Shown piece by piece: positions 26,751 to 35,424 of a stretch of DNA of 64,000 nt. The stretch spans positions 35,910 through 99,909 of the forward strand of contig SHZT01000008.1 of the NCBI GenBank assembly GCA_009692185.1, written 5' to 3'. Origin of the DNA: Gemmatimonadota bacterium (GTDB lineage Bacteria; Gemmatimonadota; Gemmatimonadetes; Gemmatimonadales; GWC2-71-9). A program made the position numbers and the translations under genes. Position 1 is the stretch's first letter; each line of letters begins with the position of its first letter. Below the pieces are notes generated by a model that was not told the DNA's origin, made no database searches, and was given only the letters and a program-made list of their open reading frames with translations.

Positions 26751-26824
26751 GGGAAAAGGGAAACGTGCGAAGGGAAAAGTAGGACACCGCCGAGCAGCCC
26801 TACTTTTCCCTCTTCCCTTTTCCC
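26751..26824. terminator. two-tier hairpin built from inverted (GGGAAAA)n-type heptamer repeats, filling the convergent intergenic gap
   Basis: Outer stem GGGAAAAGGGA / TCCCTTTTCCC (11 bp). Inner stem AGGGAAAAGTAGG / CCTACTTTTCCCT (13 bp). 15-nt loop. Confidence 0.6.
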
Positions 26825-28879
26825 CTATTTGAATTCGATCCGCTCTATGACAGATCCCTCCAGCATCCGATCCACCACATCCATCCCGGAGACAACCTCG
26901 GCGATGATCGTGTAGTTGAAATCCAGCCGCCAGTTGTCGATCAGGTTCACGAATATCTGCGCGTCACCGGTGTCCCGGCCGCGCGTCGAGATGCCGACGC
27001 GGTTCCGCAGGTGCGGTTCCATGGTGATTTCGTCGCGCGCGAACGCGGCGTCGCCCCAATACTCGTTCGCGCCCGGACTGCCGCCCTGGACCACGAAGTT
27101 GGGCGCGATGCGATGGAACGTGAGCCCGTTGAAATACCCGGCGCGCAACAGCCGCGCGAAACGCGCCACGCTGACCGGCGCGTCGAAGGGCCGGAGCCTG
27201 AGTACGACATCACCGCCACCCCGCATATGGATCGTCGCGGTCCAGCGGTCGAGCGCGAGGAGATCACCCGGCGTGGGCGTGGGTGCGATCGGAAGTGGTT
27301 TCGGCGTGGGCCGGTACGTCACGCCGAACCGCGACGCCAGAAGGTCTGCTGCCTGTCGCGCGATCAGGGTGTCGTAGTCCGACAGGTAGAACTTGAGCAC
27401 GCCCTCCAGCTGATCCCTTGGGGCCAGCCTGGCCCAGCGGTCGAGCAGCGCACGGCGGGCGTCGCGCGACGTCTCCCGCTGTTCGCGCGAGACGCGGCGG
27501 AGCGAGGTCAGCAAGGCTACCGCGGCGGTCGTGTCCGGAGTGCTATCCAGCGCCTGGGCGGCTGTCCGGAGCAACTGGTAGTCCTCCCGGATCAGCTGGG
27601 CGAGGTACACCGAGTCTGCGCCGTGGCCCTCGACCGCTACCAAGCCGGTTACGGCGGCCTCGCGCACGTTGTCCTGCGCGTCCCCCGCAAGACGCCGGAG
27701 CGTCGCGCTGTCCTTGATCGCCGCCGCCGCCCGGGCGGCGTACATCCGGACGAACCAGTTGTTGTGTCGAGAGTAGAGCTGGAGCAAGCGCTCGGCGCTG
27801 TCAGGTGCTATCCGTGCCAGCGAGACCAAGGCGTGCGCTGGCCGATGCCAACCAGTGTCGGCCAGCGTGGAGCGCAGGCGCCGCGCCTCGGCGGCCAGGA
27901 AGGCAGCCGCACTCTCTGTTCCGCTCCCGCAACGGTTCCCCAGCAGATCCAGCGCCTGGAGAGCGATCTGCGGGTTCGTGTCCCGCGCGGCTCCGAGCAC
28001 GACCGCACACCCGTCTGTCGCGAGCCGGCGGCGCCCGAACGCGCGGAGCGCATCGAAACGAACCGGCGGAGAGGGGTCGGCGTTGAGCACTGCAACGAGC
28101 GCCGCCGGGAGGGAATCGGCGACGAAGTTGGTTCCCGCGACGAGCCGCCGGATCTCGGAGTCGGGGTCGCGGAGCGCCTGGGTTGCGAGCCCGGTGTCGA
28201 GGCGTCCCGCGGCGACGAGCGTCGCCATCGCGAGGTGCCGCACGCGAAGGGTGAGCGTGTCGGGCCCGCGGGCGGCGACCAGCTCACGGAGCCGGGCGAT
28301 GGTTGAAGGAGAAGGCGGCGTGCTACTCACGTTCCGCCGGACGAGTGACTCGATTCCCCGGACCGCCCCGTACAGGGCAGCGCCCGTGTCCGACGCGACG
28401 CTCAGCACCGCCGTCTCGGCGGTGCGGATCTCGTCGGGCAGTCGGTAGGGCAGGCGGCCGAGCGTCTGCGCGATGACCCCGCGCACGCCCGGGTCCCGTT
28501 CACCGATGAGGCGTGCCATGAGCTGCGTCCCGACCATGCTCGCATCGCCGCGATACACGGCCTGCCCCATGGCATTCGTGGCCTCGGCACGAACGGCGGG
28601 GTCTGGATCGGAGAGGAGCGGGGCGATGCCGAACACCAGCGCCGGCCGCTCGAACCGGCCAAGGGCACGAACGGCGAGGCGGCGTATGAAGGGGTCGGGT
28701 GACTGGACGCCCCGAACGAGCGGGTCGAGGGAGCGCATGTCGTCGGCACGCGCGTCTTCGGCCGCGATGATCGCGCCCCAGAGCACCGTGTCGCGAGGTG
28801 TCGTGCCGGGGGTCTGGGCCGGGGCGGTCGAGACCGCAGCGGTGAGACCGGCGAGAAAGAGAACGCTAGGTCGCAGCAT
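26825..28879 (-). CDS. HEAT-repeat protein fused to a cyclophilin-type peptidyl-prolyl isomerase (secreted)
   Basis: C-terminal domain GYFNGLTFHRIAPNFVVQGGSPG...GISTRGRDTGDAQIFVNL. N-terminal Ala/Leu/Arg-rich HEAT-like repeats. Signal peptide MLRPSVLFLAGLTAAVSTAPAQ. Confidence 0.8.
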   Translation of the reverse strand: MLRPSVLFLAGLTAAVSTAPAQTPGTTPRDTVLWGAIIAAEDARADDMRSLDPLVRGVQSPDPFIRRLAVRALGRFERPALVFGIAPLLSDPDPAVRAEATNAMGQAVYRGDASMVGTQLMARLIGERDPGVRGVIAQTLGRLPYRLPDEIRTAETAVLSVASDTGAALYGAVRGIESLVRRNVSSTPPSPSTIARLRELVAARGPDTLTLRVRHLAMATLVAAGRLDTGLATQALRDPDSEIRRLVAGTNFVADSLPAALVAVLNADPSPPVRFDALRAFGRRRLATDGCAVVLGAARDTNPQIALQALDLLGNRCGSGTESAAAFLAAEARRLRSTLADTGWHRPAHALVSLARIAPDSAERLLQLYSRHNNWFVRMYAARAAAAIKDSATLRRLAGDAQDNVREAAVTGLVAVEGHGADSVYLAQLIREDYQLLRTAAQALDSTPDTTAAVALLTSLRRVSREQRETSRDARRALLDRWARLAPRDQLEGVLKFYLSDYDTLIARQAADLLASRFGVTYRPTPKPLPIAPTPTPGDLLALDRWTATIHMRGGGDVVLRLRPFDAPVSVARFARLLRAGYFNGLTFHRIAPNFVVQGGSPGANEYWGDAAFARDEITMEPHLRNRVGISTRGRDTGDAQIFVNLIDNWRLDFNYTIIAEVVSGMDVVDRMLEGSVIERIEFK

Positions 28880-28907
28880 GGCTAGTAGAGTACAACAAAA
28901 CCGCGTG

Positions 28908-29498
28908 TTACGGACGCCGGACGTCCTCCCTCGTCTCGCGACGATCCTCACCGAGTTCGCGGCCGGTCGCCTTCGCATCGGCCTTGGCGACTGTCAGGAA
29001 TTCGTCCAGCAGGGCGCGCTGGCGGGCGACGGCGTCGGCTTTGCCGGCCGCGACGTTCAGCTGAATGCTCCGCAGTTCGTTCATGATCGCCTGCTGGCGG
29101 TCGGCTCGTTGCCTGGACGCGGCGGCATCCCGCCGGTCGTCGCGAACGTCGCGCCGGTCATCCCTGCGACCAGCGCCGGGCGCATCCCGACGCACCTCGC
29201 GCCGTGCGGCTCCCGTCTCCCGGGTATCCTGTCGCGCGTCGCGCCGGCCTTCTGCGGCCTCCTGTCGCAGCGCCGCCGCGATTCGGACCTGCACTTCCTG
29301 TTCCTGGGCCTTGTTCCCGGCGGTCCGTGCCCGGTCGAGCTCGGCCACGAGTCGCTCCAGCCGGCGAACGTCGGCCACATCACCCACCAGTTGGGCCCGG
29401 TCCGTCGCCATCTCGCGACGGTCGCGCGCCACTTGAGCTTCTAGTGAAAGAGGGGCGAGCAGCACCCCGGCGATTATCAGAGCCATTCCGCGTGTCAT
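28908..29498 (-). CDS. secreted Arg/Asp-rich coiled-coil protein (hypothetical)
   Basis: Signal peptide MTRGMALIIAGVLLAPLSLEAQ, then low-complexity RRDDRRDVRDDRRD-type sequence. Confidence 0.55.
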   Translation of the reverse strand: MTRGMALIIAGVLLAPLSLEAQVARDRREMATDRAQLVGDVADVRRLERLVAELDRARTAGNKAQEQEVQVRIAAALRQEAAEGRRDARQDTRETGAARREVRRDAPGAGRRDDRRDVRDDRRDAAASRQRADRQQAIMNELRSIQLNVAAGKADAVARQRALLDEFLTVAKADAKATGRELGEDRRETREDVRRP

Positions 29499-29569
29499 GA
29501 CTGCCTCGAGCTTGGGGTTCGACCCTCAGACGGTGACCGTACCAGGGAATTAAGGGGATGGGGGCAGGC

Positions 29570-29608
29570 TTGACAGTGCTGTACTACACATGTAATACTA
29601 CGACCGTA
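29570..29608 (+). promoter_or_regulatory. near-consensus promoter overlapped by BlaI/CopY-type operator dyads
   Basis: TTGACA (29570-29575) - 17 nt - TAATAC (29593-29598). TACAcaTGTA (29585-29594) matches the TACAnnTGTA box. A second dyad TACGacCGTA lies at 29599-29608. Confidence 0.65.
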
Positions 29609-29656
29609 GAGACTGACTCTTCCATCAACAAGAGCCCGTAAAGAGGACGACCTTCC

Positions 29657-30058
29657 ATGTCCGATTCGCATTCCCTGACCGGTCTCCAAGTCGCGTTGCT
29701 CCGCGTTTTGTGGCAGCGGGGCGAAGCATCGGTGGCGGAAATCTGCGAGGCCCTGCGCCCCGACCGGGCGCTGGCACCTACGACGGTGGCGACCGTCTTG
29801 TCACGCCTCGAAAAACGGGGCGTGGTGACGCACCGGCGGGAGGCGCGTCAGTTCGTCTATCGCGCCGAGATCACGGAAGGTGATGTACGTGGCTCGATGG
29901 TGCAGGAACTCACGGAACGCCTGTTCCATGGGGATGTCGCCGAACTGGTGAATCACCTGCTGTCAGCACGTGAAATAGGGTCCGACGACCTGGCCCGCGT
30001 GAAGCAACTGGTCGAAGCGCACGAGAAGGGGACGGAGGTGAGCCGTGGCAAGCGGTAA
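29657..30058 (+). CDS. BlaI/MecI/CopY-family winged-helix repressor
   Basis: LTGLQVALLRVLWQRGEASVAEICEAL...APTTVATVLSRLEKRGVVTHRREARQFVYRA. There is no C-terminal CxC metal hook. Confidence 0.85.
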   Translation: MSDSHSLTGLQVALLRVLWQRGEASVAEICEALRPDRALAPTTVATVLSRLEKRGVVTHRREARQFVYRAEITEGDVRGSMVQELTERLFHGDVAELVNHLLSAREIGSDDLARVKQLVEAHEKGTEVSRGKR

Positions 30059-30134
30059 TCCTGGCGTGATCGTGGCGTGGCTCGTGACGTACGCGGCGCA
30101 CAGCACGGTGTTGCTGGGCGGCGCGGGGTCGTGA
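30045..30134 (+). pseudogene. 29-codon stub at the position of a BlaR1/M56-type sensor gene
   Basis: GTG overlaps the repressor 3' end by 14 nt, as blaI-blaR1 pairs do. VASGNPGVIVAWLVTYAAHSTVLLGGAGS* looks like only the first TM helix of an M56 protein. Confidence 0.4.
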
Positions 30135-30195
30135 CCCGTCGGAGGGTCGAACGCCGGGGTTGCCCTTTGCGTTGACGGCGTGGAAGTTGCCACGC

Positions 30196-32295
30196 GTGCG
30201 GTTCACTCCTGCCATAGTCCTCCTTCTTGTCGCTGGTTCGGCCGAAGCCCAGAGTTCGAGCTTCTGCACGACGCCGGCGGCTCCCAGTACCCCCGCGCAC
30301 GACATCTATTGCCTTGACCTGATTCCGCGTCCCGATCTGCTCGATGCCACGGGCGTCGTCGAGCTTCGTCGGGCGCCCTCGCCGTTCGACGTGGCTGTGT
30401 CAGTCGAAGGCCATTTGCGAAGCCTCCTTGTCATGACGCTCTCCGGCTTGCCGGAGCCGGCCTCGCTCGGCCCGTACACGGCCTACGTCGCGTGGATCGG
30501 GCCCCTCGCGCTGGATCCGATGCGGAAACTCGGAACGGTGCGAAACGGCGAAACGTCCCTCGGCGAGACGGACCTCGACAAGTTCATTGTCATGATTTCC
30601 GCCGAGGCGTCGGCGTCGGTCACCGAGCGCCACGGACGGCTCGTCCTGCGGGGCAACTCACCGAGCGCCAGGTTGCAGCGCCATGACCTCCTGATGCTGC
30701 CGCCTGGTGCAGGCCACGCGATGCCCGACGCGGCGTGGCCCATGCCGCCCGTGGACACGACCATTCCCATGTTCATGCCGGGGATTGATGCGCTGGCGCC
30801 ACCGGAGCGGCCGTTCGTTCCCGGTGCCGGAATTGACCCGGCAACGCTTCCGCTCGCCCGCCCGAGCCAGGTCGTTGACATCAAGGATGGCGACACGCTC
30901 CGCCTGACCGCGGGGTTCGTGCGGCGAACGATCGCCGGGCGTTCGCTCGTCATGTATGGGTTCAACGGCCAGTACCCCGGTCCCCTGGTTCGGGCCAGCA
31001 AGGGCGCCACGGCGACCGTCGAGTTCGCCAACGCCATTGACCAGCCATCAGCGGTGCACTGGCACGGCATTCGTCTCGACAACCGGTTCGATGGTGCGGT
31101 GGGCGTCACGCAGGACCCGGTGATGCCGGGTGAACACTTCACCTATCGCGTGCACTTTCCGGATGAGGGCATCTACTGGTACCACTCGCACTACCGGGAG
31201 GACGTGCAACAGGATCTCGGGCTGTATGGTAACGTGTTCGTTCCGTGGACCGGCGTGGGCGGGTCAGGGTCGGTGAACCGCGAGGAATTCCTGATGCTCG
31301 ACGACCTGCTGCTGGCTGACGGAAAGCCATTTCCCTACGGGACGAGCGGCCCAACGCACGCGCTGATGGGCCGCTTCGGCAACACCTTGCTGGTGAATGG
31401 CGAGCCGAGGTACAGGCTTGCCGTGGCGCGGGGCGAGGTGGTGCGGTTCTACCTCACCAACGTCGCGAATACCCGGACATTCAATCTCTCGTTCGCCGGC
31501 GCGCGTATGAAAGTGGTGGGGGCCGACGCCGGCCTGTTCCAGCACGAGGATTGGGTCGAGAGCGTGCCGATCGCGCCTGCCCAGCGCTACATCGTAGATG
31601 TGTCGTTCCCCAGGGCGGGGACCTACGCGCTGCTCAATCGCGTGGAGGCCCTCAACCATTCGTTCGGTTACTTCTTTCCCCAGGTGGACACGCTCGGGTC
31701 GGTGACGGCAGCGTCCCAGGCCGTCGGAGTCGATCGCGGGTCCCTGTTCGGCGCGCTCCACGTGGGCATGGTGGACGGCCACGATTACGACGTTTACCGC
31801 ATGACGCCGCCTGACCGGCAGCTGGTCCTTACCCTCAAGACCCAGGACTTGCCGCTGGCGCTCGAGCAGATACTCCAGCTCGAGACCAGCTATTTCACGC
31901 CGGTCGAATGGAGTGGAACCATGCCGATGATGGACTGGCTTACGACCGGGAAACAGGCGCACTGGATTCTCCGGGACCCGGCGACCGGCAAGGAGAACGA
32001 GGCGATCGACTGGACGTTCAAACGCGGGGACATCGTGAAGGTCCGGTTGGTCAACGATCGGGCCACCCTGCACGCGATGGCGCACCCGATCCACCTGCAC
32101 GGGCAGCGATTTCTCGTGCTGGCGCAGAACGGCGTGCGGAACGACAATCTCGTCTGGAAGGACACGGTGTTGTTGCCGGTGGGCTCGACGGCGGATATTC
32201 TGGTTGAGATGTCGAACCCCGGCCGGTGGATGATGCACTGTCACATCGCCGAGCACTTGCAGGCCGGGATGATGGCGGTATTCGAGGTCAACTAG
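30196..32295 (+). CDS. secreted multicopper oxidase (MCO-2) with about 200-aa N-terminal extension and a Met/His-rich segment
   Basis: VHWHGIRLDNRFDG, YWYHSHY, HPIHLHGQRF, MMHCHIAEHLQAGMM. Met-rich GHAMPDAAWPMPPVDTTIPMFMPG. Signal peptide (V)RFTPAIVLLLVAGSAEAQ. Start is GTG 30196 or TTG 30160. Confidence 0.85.
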   Translation: MRFTPAIVLLLVAGSAEAQSSSFCTTPAAPSTPAHDIYCLDLIPRPDLLDATGVVELRRAPSPFDVAVSVEGHLRSLLVMTLSGLPEPASLGPYTAYVAWIGPLALDPMRKLGTVRNGETSLGETDLDKFIVMISAEASASVTERHGRLVLRGNSPSARLQRHDLLMLPPGAGHAMPDAAWPMPPVDTTIPMFMPGIDALAPPERPFVPGAGIDPATLPLARPSQVVDIKDGDTLRLTAGFVRRTIAGRSLVMYGFNGQYPGPLVRASKGATATVEFANAIDQPSAVHWHGIRLDNRFDGAVGVTQDPVMPGEHFTYRVHFPDEGIYWYHSHYREDVQQDLGLYGNVFVPWTGVGGSGSVNREEFLMLDDLLLADGKPFPYGTSGPTHALMGRFGNTLLVNGEPRYRLAVARGEVVRFYLTNVANTRTFNLSFAGARMKVVGADAGLFQHEDWVESVPIAPAQRYIVDVSFPRAGTYALLNRVEALNHSFGYFFPQVDTLGSVTAASQAVGVDRGSLFGALHVGMVDGHDYDVYRMTPPDRQLVLTLKTQDLPLALEQILQLETSYFTPVEWSGTMPMMDWLTTGKQAHWILRDPATGKENEAIDWTFKRGDIVKVRLVNDRATLHAMAHPIHLHGQRFLVLAQNGVRNDNLVWKDTVLLPVGSTADILVEMSNPGRWMMHCHIAEHLQAGMMAVFEVN

Positions 32296-32310
32296 GAATC
32301 GGGAGGGCGC

Positions 32311-33729
32311 ATGCGTTCGCTGACTGTCCTGCTGTCTCTTGTCGCGTCGTCGGCCGTCGCACAGGCACCGCAGGCCGCGCCGCTCAATGCGGCGGTGCGC
32401 GATTCGTTCGTTGCGTACGGCGATCCCGTCGTGGCGCTCATGCACGTCCGGGTCGTTGACGGCACCGGCGCGGCGCCGGCTGACGATCAGACCATCATCA
32501 TTTCGGGTGGAAAGATCCAGGCGGTCGGGCGGTTCGGGGCGGTCACCGTGCCGCAGGGAGCGCGCGTCGTGGATCTGACTGGACACACGGTGATTCCGGG
32601 TCTCGTGGGGTTGCACGACCACTCGTACTATGGCGCCGCGGGCTGGTTCAGCAAGTTCTCGCCCACCGCGGTTCCCCGGCTCTATCTCGCGTCCGGCGTG
32701 GTCACAACGCGGACCACCGGGAGCATGTCCCCCTATGAGGAGCTGAATCTTTCACGGTCGATCGAGCGAGGCGCATCCATCGGGCCGCGGATGTACATCA
32801 CCGGGCCGTACATCAACGGCTCGAGCGGCGGCGGAATGATGGTGCAGGTGGATACCCCGGAAGACGCGCGGCGCGTGGTGCGCTACTGGGCCGAGGAAGG
32901 AGTCACGTGGTTCAAAGCGTACAACTCGATCAGCCGCGCGGCCCTGGGCGCGGCGATCGACGAGGCGCACAAGCACGGGGTGAAGGTGACCGCTCACCTG
33001 TGCTCGGTGGGGTACCGGGAAGCGGTGGCGCTCGGCATCGATGCGCTGGAGCACGGACTGTTCGCGAACTACGAGTACCACCCGGGCAAGCAGCCGGACC
33101 AGTGCCCGTCGGGCGGGCGCACCGACATCGACTCGCTCAACGTGAACAGCCCGCAAGTACAGGCCACGTTCCGCGACATGGTCGCCAAGAATGTGGCGAT
33201 GACGTCCACACTGGTAGTCTATGAGGCGTCGGTGCCCAACCGGCCGCCGCTGGAGAACCGGGTGCTGGACGCGATGTTTCCGGATGCGCGTGCGGGATAC
33301 CTCACGGCGCGCGCGAGGGCCGCGGATCAGGGGCCCGCGTCCCTGGCCCGGCTCAAGAAGGCCATGGAATACGAGCTCGCGTTCGTGAGGGCCGGCGGGC
33401 TGCTGGGCTCTGGTGTGGATCCCACGGGCAACGGAGGCGCGCTGCCCGGCTACGGTGACCAGCGGCAGCACGAGCTGTTGATCGAAGCCGGCTTCACTCC
33501 GGTCCAGTCGATTCAGATCATGAGCGGCAACGGGGCGAAGATCCTCGGCGCCTTCGACAAATTCGGCAGCGTCACTGCCGGGAAAAACGCCGACATCGTC
33601 GTGATCCGGGGCGACCCGGTGACGAAGCCGGCGGAAATCCGGAACGTGACCGTCGTGTTCAAGGAAGGCGTCGGGTATGACGCGCCCCGGCTGGCGGAGT
33701 CGGTCAAGGGGTTGATCGGCCTGCGGTAG
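32311..33729 (+). CDS. secreted amidohydrolase-family metallohydrolase
   Basis: GGGAGGG RBS. Signal peptide. VVDGTGAAPADDQTIIISGGKIQAVG...VIPGLVGLHDHS...KVTAHL...GSGVD. Confidence 0.75.
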   Translation: MRSLTVLLSLVASSAVAQAPQAAPLNAAVRDSFVAYGDPVVALMHVRVVDGTGAAPADDQTIIISGGKIQAVGRFGAVTVPQGARVVDLTGHTVIPGLVGLHDHSYYGAAGWFSKFSPTAVPRLYLASGVVTTRTTGSMSPYEELNLSRSIERGASIGPRMYITGPYINGSSGGGMMVQVDTPEDARRVVRYWAEEGVTWFKAYNSISRAALGAAIDEAHKHGVKVTAHLCSVGYREAVALGIDALEHGLFANYEYHPGKQPDQCPSGGRTDIDSLNVNSPQVQATFRDMVAKNVAMTSTLVVYEASVPNRPPLENRVLDAMFPDARAGYLTARARAADQGPASLARLKKAMEYELAFVRAGGLLGSGVDPTGNGGALPGYGDQRQHELLIEAGFTPVQSIQIMSGNGAKILGAFDKFGSVTAGKNADIVVIRGDPVTKPAEIRNVTVVFKEGVGYDAPRLAESVKGLIGLR

Positions 33730-33779
33730 CCTGCCGCGCCAGCGCTTGGCATCGTCCATGGATCTGTGATCGGATCCCG

Positions 33780-34319
33780 TCAGAATGTGATGCGCACGGC
33801 CAGGCTACCCGAGCGGGCGAACGGATTCAGGCCCGGCATGACCGTGACGTGCCGCGCCTTGGTCCGGGGGCGCCACCGGCTTGCGGCACGCCCTGCCGCG
33901 ACGATGTCGTAGATGGCCGACGCCGCGAATGCCCCAAGGCCCAGCAGCGCGACCGCGTTGGCCGCACCCTCATCATCGCAGCTCCAAAACAGGTCTCCGC
34001 CGCACGCCGCGGTTATGCCAAGGACAGTCGCCGCGGTCACGGCGACGCGCACCAGGCCGCCCCCCAAGACCCGGCCCGGCTTTCCCACATACAGAAACCC
34101 GGTGGACGGACCCAGGAACAGCCCGTAGCTGGCCAACCAGCCGCTGCCCATGGTGGCCCCGAGCACTGTGGGACCGACGGTGGCGATCAACGAGATCGCA
34201 ACCGCGACTTCCGCGTGCTTCGGGTTGATGCTGGTTGGGGCATCCTGGGCCCTGAGCACTGAAGGCAGAAAGGTGAGCAGGGATGCAGCGGCGAGAGGCA
34301 TGATGGCGCGGCGGACCAT
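33780..34319 (-). CDS. hypothetical secreted/membrane protein
   Basis: Signal peptide (LAAASLLTFLPSVLRAQ), Gly/Ala-rich hydrophobic body, ends ...SLAVRITF. Confidence 0.45.
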   Translation of the reverse strand: MVRRAIMPLAAASLLTFLPSVLRAQDAPTSINPKHAEVAVAISLIATVGPTVLGATMGSGWLASYGLFLGPSTGFLYVGKPGRVLGGGLVRVAVTAATVLGITAACGGDLFWSCDDEGAANAVALLGLGAFAASAIYDIVAAGRAASRWRPRTKARHVTVMPGLNPFARSGSLAVRITF

Positions 34320-34398
34320 GGAAAGGCTCCTGTTTGAGTGAGCCCAAGGTCCTCCGGAGCCGTCAAGCGCACGTCAAGACGTCAGCCGTCGTGAAAGG

Positions 34399-35424
34399 CT
34401 ACACCTTCAGCAGCCTCGCCGCGTTCCCGCCGAAAATGCCTGCCTTGTCCTTGGCGGGCAGCGGCAGCTTGCCGATGGCTTTCTTCATCAGCTGAATGCT
34501 CCCGATCATGTGCGGGTAGTCGCTGCCGGCGAGGATTTGCTTCGCCCCCGCGAACTTGACCGCGAGCATCAAGGCGTCCGGGTCAAAGTTCACGGTGTCG
34601 TAGTAGAACTTCTTGAGGTAGCTGGATGGCGGACGCCTGATGTTGGCCCGGCACTCGGAAAACGCCCGGTAGCCCCGGTCCAGCCGCTCCGCTATATAAG
34701 GAATAGCGCCCCCGAGGTGCCCCAATGCCCACCGGATTCGGGGAAAGCGCTCCGGAACCCCGGCGAAGACCAGGTGGGCCGTCGCCAGCGTCGTGTCACA
34801 GAGGAACCCCACCAGCGCCGTCAGCCAGTAGTCGGTCATGCCCTGGACACCGTATGGTGATTCCGGGTGGATATGCAGCACGGCGCCCAGTTCGTTGGCC
34901 TTCTCGTACAGTGGCCAGAAGCGCTTGTCTGCCAGGGCGACGCCGTTGACGTTGCTGAAGAGCATGGCGCCGGGGAGCTTGAGCTGGGTCATCGCCCGCT
35001 CGAGTTCGGTCACCGACGCGGCCGGATCGTTGAGTGGTAGCGTTGCGAGGGCGGTGAATCGTGGCGCACGTTCCTGGACAGTCCTGGCGAACGCGTCATT
35101 GACCATCTGCGCCAGCGCGACGGCGGTCTTCGGCTCTTCCACGTGCGTGCCCGGTGTGGTGAGCGTCAGCACCTGGGTCGCGATGCCCTCCTTCTCCAGC
35201 ACCCGCTGGCGAAAGTTGATGTCGCGGTGTCCGAGGACAAGCACGTTGTAATCGCCGGGGTAGTGGAGCTCGGGGTTGCCATCGGAGCCCATCTTCATCG
35301 TCACACCAGAGCGACCCGACGTGATCGCGTCGAGATACGCCGGCGGGTAGTAGTGATTGTGGAAATCGACGATCCTCGGCCCTTTGGCCGATGCCTGCTT
35401 CTTCCCAGCCTTCTTGCCCTTCAC
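34399..35424 (-). CDS. amidohydrolase_2 (ACMSD-like decarboxylase/hydrolase) family protein
   Basis: RIVDFHNHYYPPAY, VLHIHPE, GHLGGAIPY, ILAGSDYPH (metal-ligand pattern of PF04909-type enzymes). Confidence 0.75.
   Translation of the reverse strand: MKGKKAGKKQASAKGPRIVDFHNHYYPPAYLDAITSGRSGVTMKMGSDGNPELHYPGDYNVLVLGHRDINFRQRVLEKEGIATQVLTLTTPGTHVEEPKTAVALAQMVNDAFARTVQERAPRFTALATLPLNDPAASVTELERAMTQLKLPGAMLFSNVNGVALADKRFWPLYEKANELGAVLHIHPESPYGVQGMTDYWLTALVGFLCDTTLATAHLVFAGVPERFPRIRWALGHLGGAIPYIAERLDRGYRAFSECRANIRRPPSSYLKKFYYDTVNFDPDALMLAVKFAGAKQILAGSDYPHMIGSIQLMKKAIGKLPLPAKDKAGIFGGNAARLLKV

Noticed and set aside
29505-29535. tRNA-like T-loop strings (GGGGTTCGACCC at about 29513; also CAGTTCGAACC at about 56563)
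   Set aside because: No acceptor, D or anticodon arms can be drawn around them. I could support no tRNA, rRNA or tmRNA in the window.
31264-32622. 452-aa minus-strand ORF
   Set aside because: It is antisense to MCO-2, whose four copper motifs are unambiguous. Composition is Arg/His/Pro-rich. The same reasoning applies to 11933-12718, 35391-36857, 36337-37404, 43882-44763, 54057-55196, 56962-58122, 59498-60331, 61681-62853, 62914-63768 and most other overlapping ORFs in the track.
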